DNA of 63,331 nucleotides, counting the filler, from Octopus bimaculoides (taxonomy: Eukaryota), in assembly GCF_001194135.2 (NCBI RefSeq). It is 8 parts of 6 records of this genome, joined end to end, with 100 filler letters (N's around TTAATTAATTAA, not from the genome) between each part and the next. Parts side by side here need not be neighbours in the genome. Positions count along the whole stretch, not along the records: positions 62,054 to 63,331 come from NC_068985.1; 7 more parts are not named here. One strand, 5' to 3'. Position 1 is the first letter of the stretch; every line of letters starts with the position of its first letter. Below, in pieces: positions 62,880-63,331 of the stretch. The position numbers and the translations under genes were made by a program. The notes beneath the pieces are model-generated. The model did not search any database and had not been told where the DNA came from. It worked only from the letters and a program-made list of their open reading frames with translations.

Positions 62880-63331
62880 CTTTAGAAAAAGTAAGGGTAT
62901 AATACATTCATAGCAAATCTAATACGTATATGTACTCGTATATAGATATATAAAGAGAGAAAGGGAGAAAGGGAGAGATAGGGATAGAGAGATTGATAGA
63001 TTGACAAAATGCATGTATGTATATATATATATATATATATATATTATTTTGTTTAAAAGAGTTCCAACACTGTCTGTTTTTTATGTTTTATTTATATTCC
63101 TGCAGAACTAATGTGGGGTATAGAATATGGAATATACAATATATAATATAATATACAATATACAATATAAAATGAAATAAAATAAAAATGGATGGCACCA
63201 TGAAAGAAAGTATTGAATGTAGATGAAATATTGAGTGTTCAATATAAAGGATCAAATATATAAATATATATATAAATATATATAAATATATAAAGGCGAC
63301 TCGAGTTTCAGGGCTATTTCCCTGGACAGAA

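Overview
AT-rich, microsatellite-dense animal genomic DNA. The SINE families and repeat landscape suggest a cephalopod, probably Octopus (inference). The window is a mosaic of at least 8 assembly pieces joined by artificial 100-bp spacers (44 N + TTAATTAATTAA + 44 N), so neighbourhoods across those joins are not trustworthy. Host genes, both on the minus strand: five exons of a V-ATPase V0 subunit a gene (11523 down to 2316) and two exons of a pancreatic-lipase-family gene (39187-38213). The rest is mostly decayed mobile DNA: LINEs (RTE with C2H2 fingers, CR1/L2-like x2, R4/Dong-like x6, CRE-like, Tx1-like), Tc1/mariner remnants, MULE/hAT/mariner MITEs, a Helitron-like element, several tRNA-derived SINE families and a 2.9-kb 33/34-bp satellite. 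The strongest candidate novelty is a SINE-like family with a tRNA-type Pol III head, a (TAA)n linker, a Penelope-type minimal hammerhead ribozyme and a 3' end lacking any simple-repeat tail (best copy 37241-37529, minus strand). No CRISPR array, rRNA or genuine tRNA gene is supported. Repeat boundaries are approximate unless splice sites, TSDs or stems are quoted.
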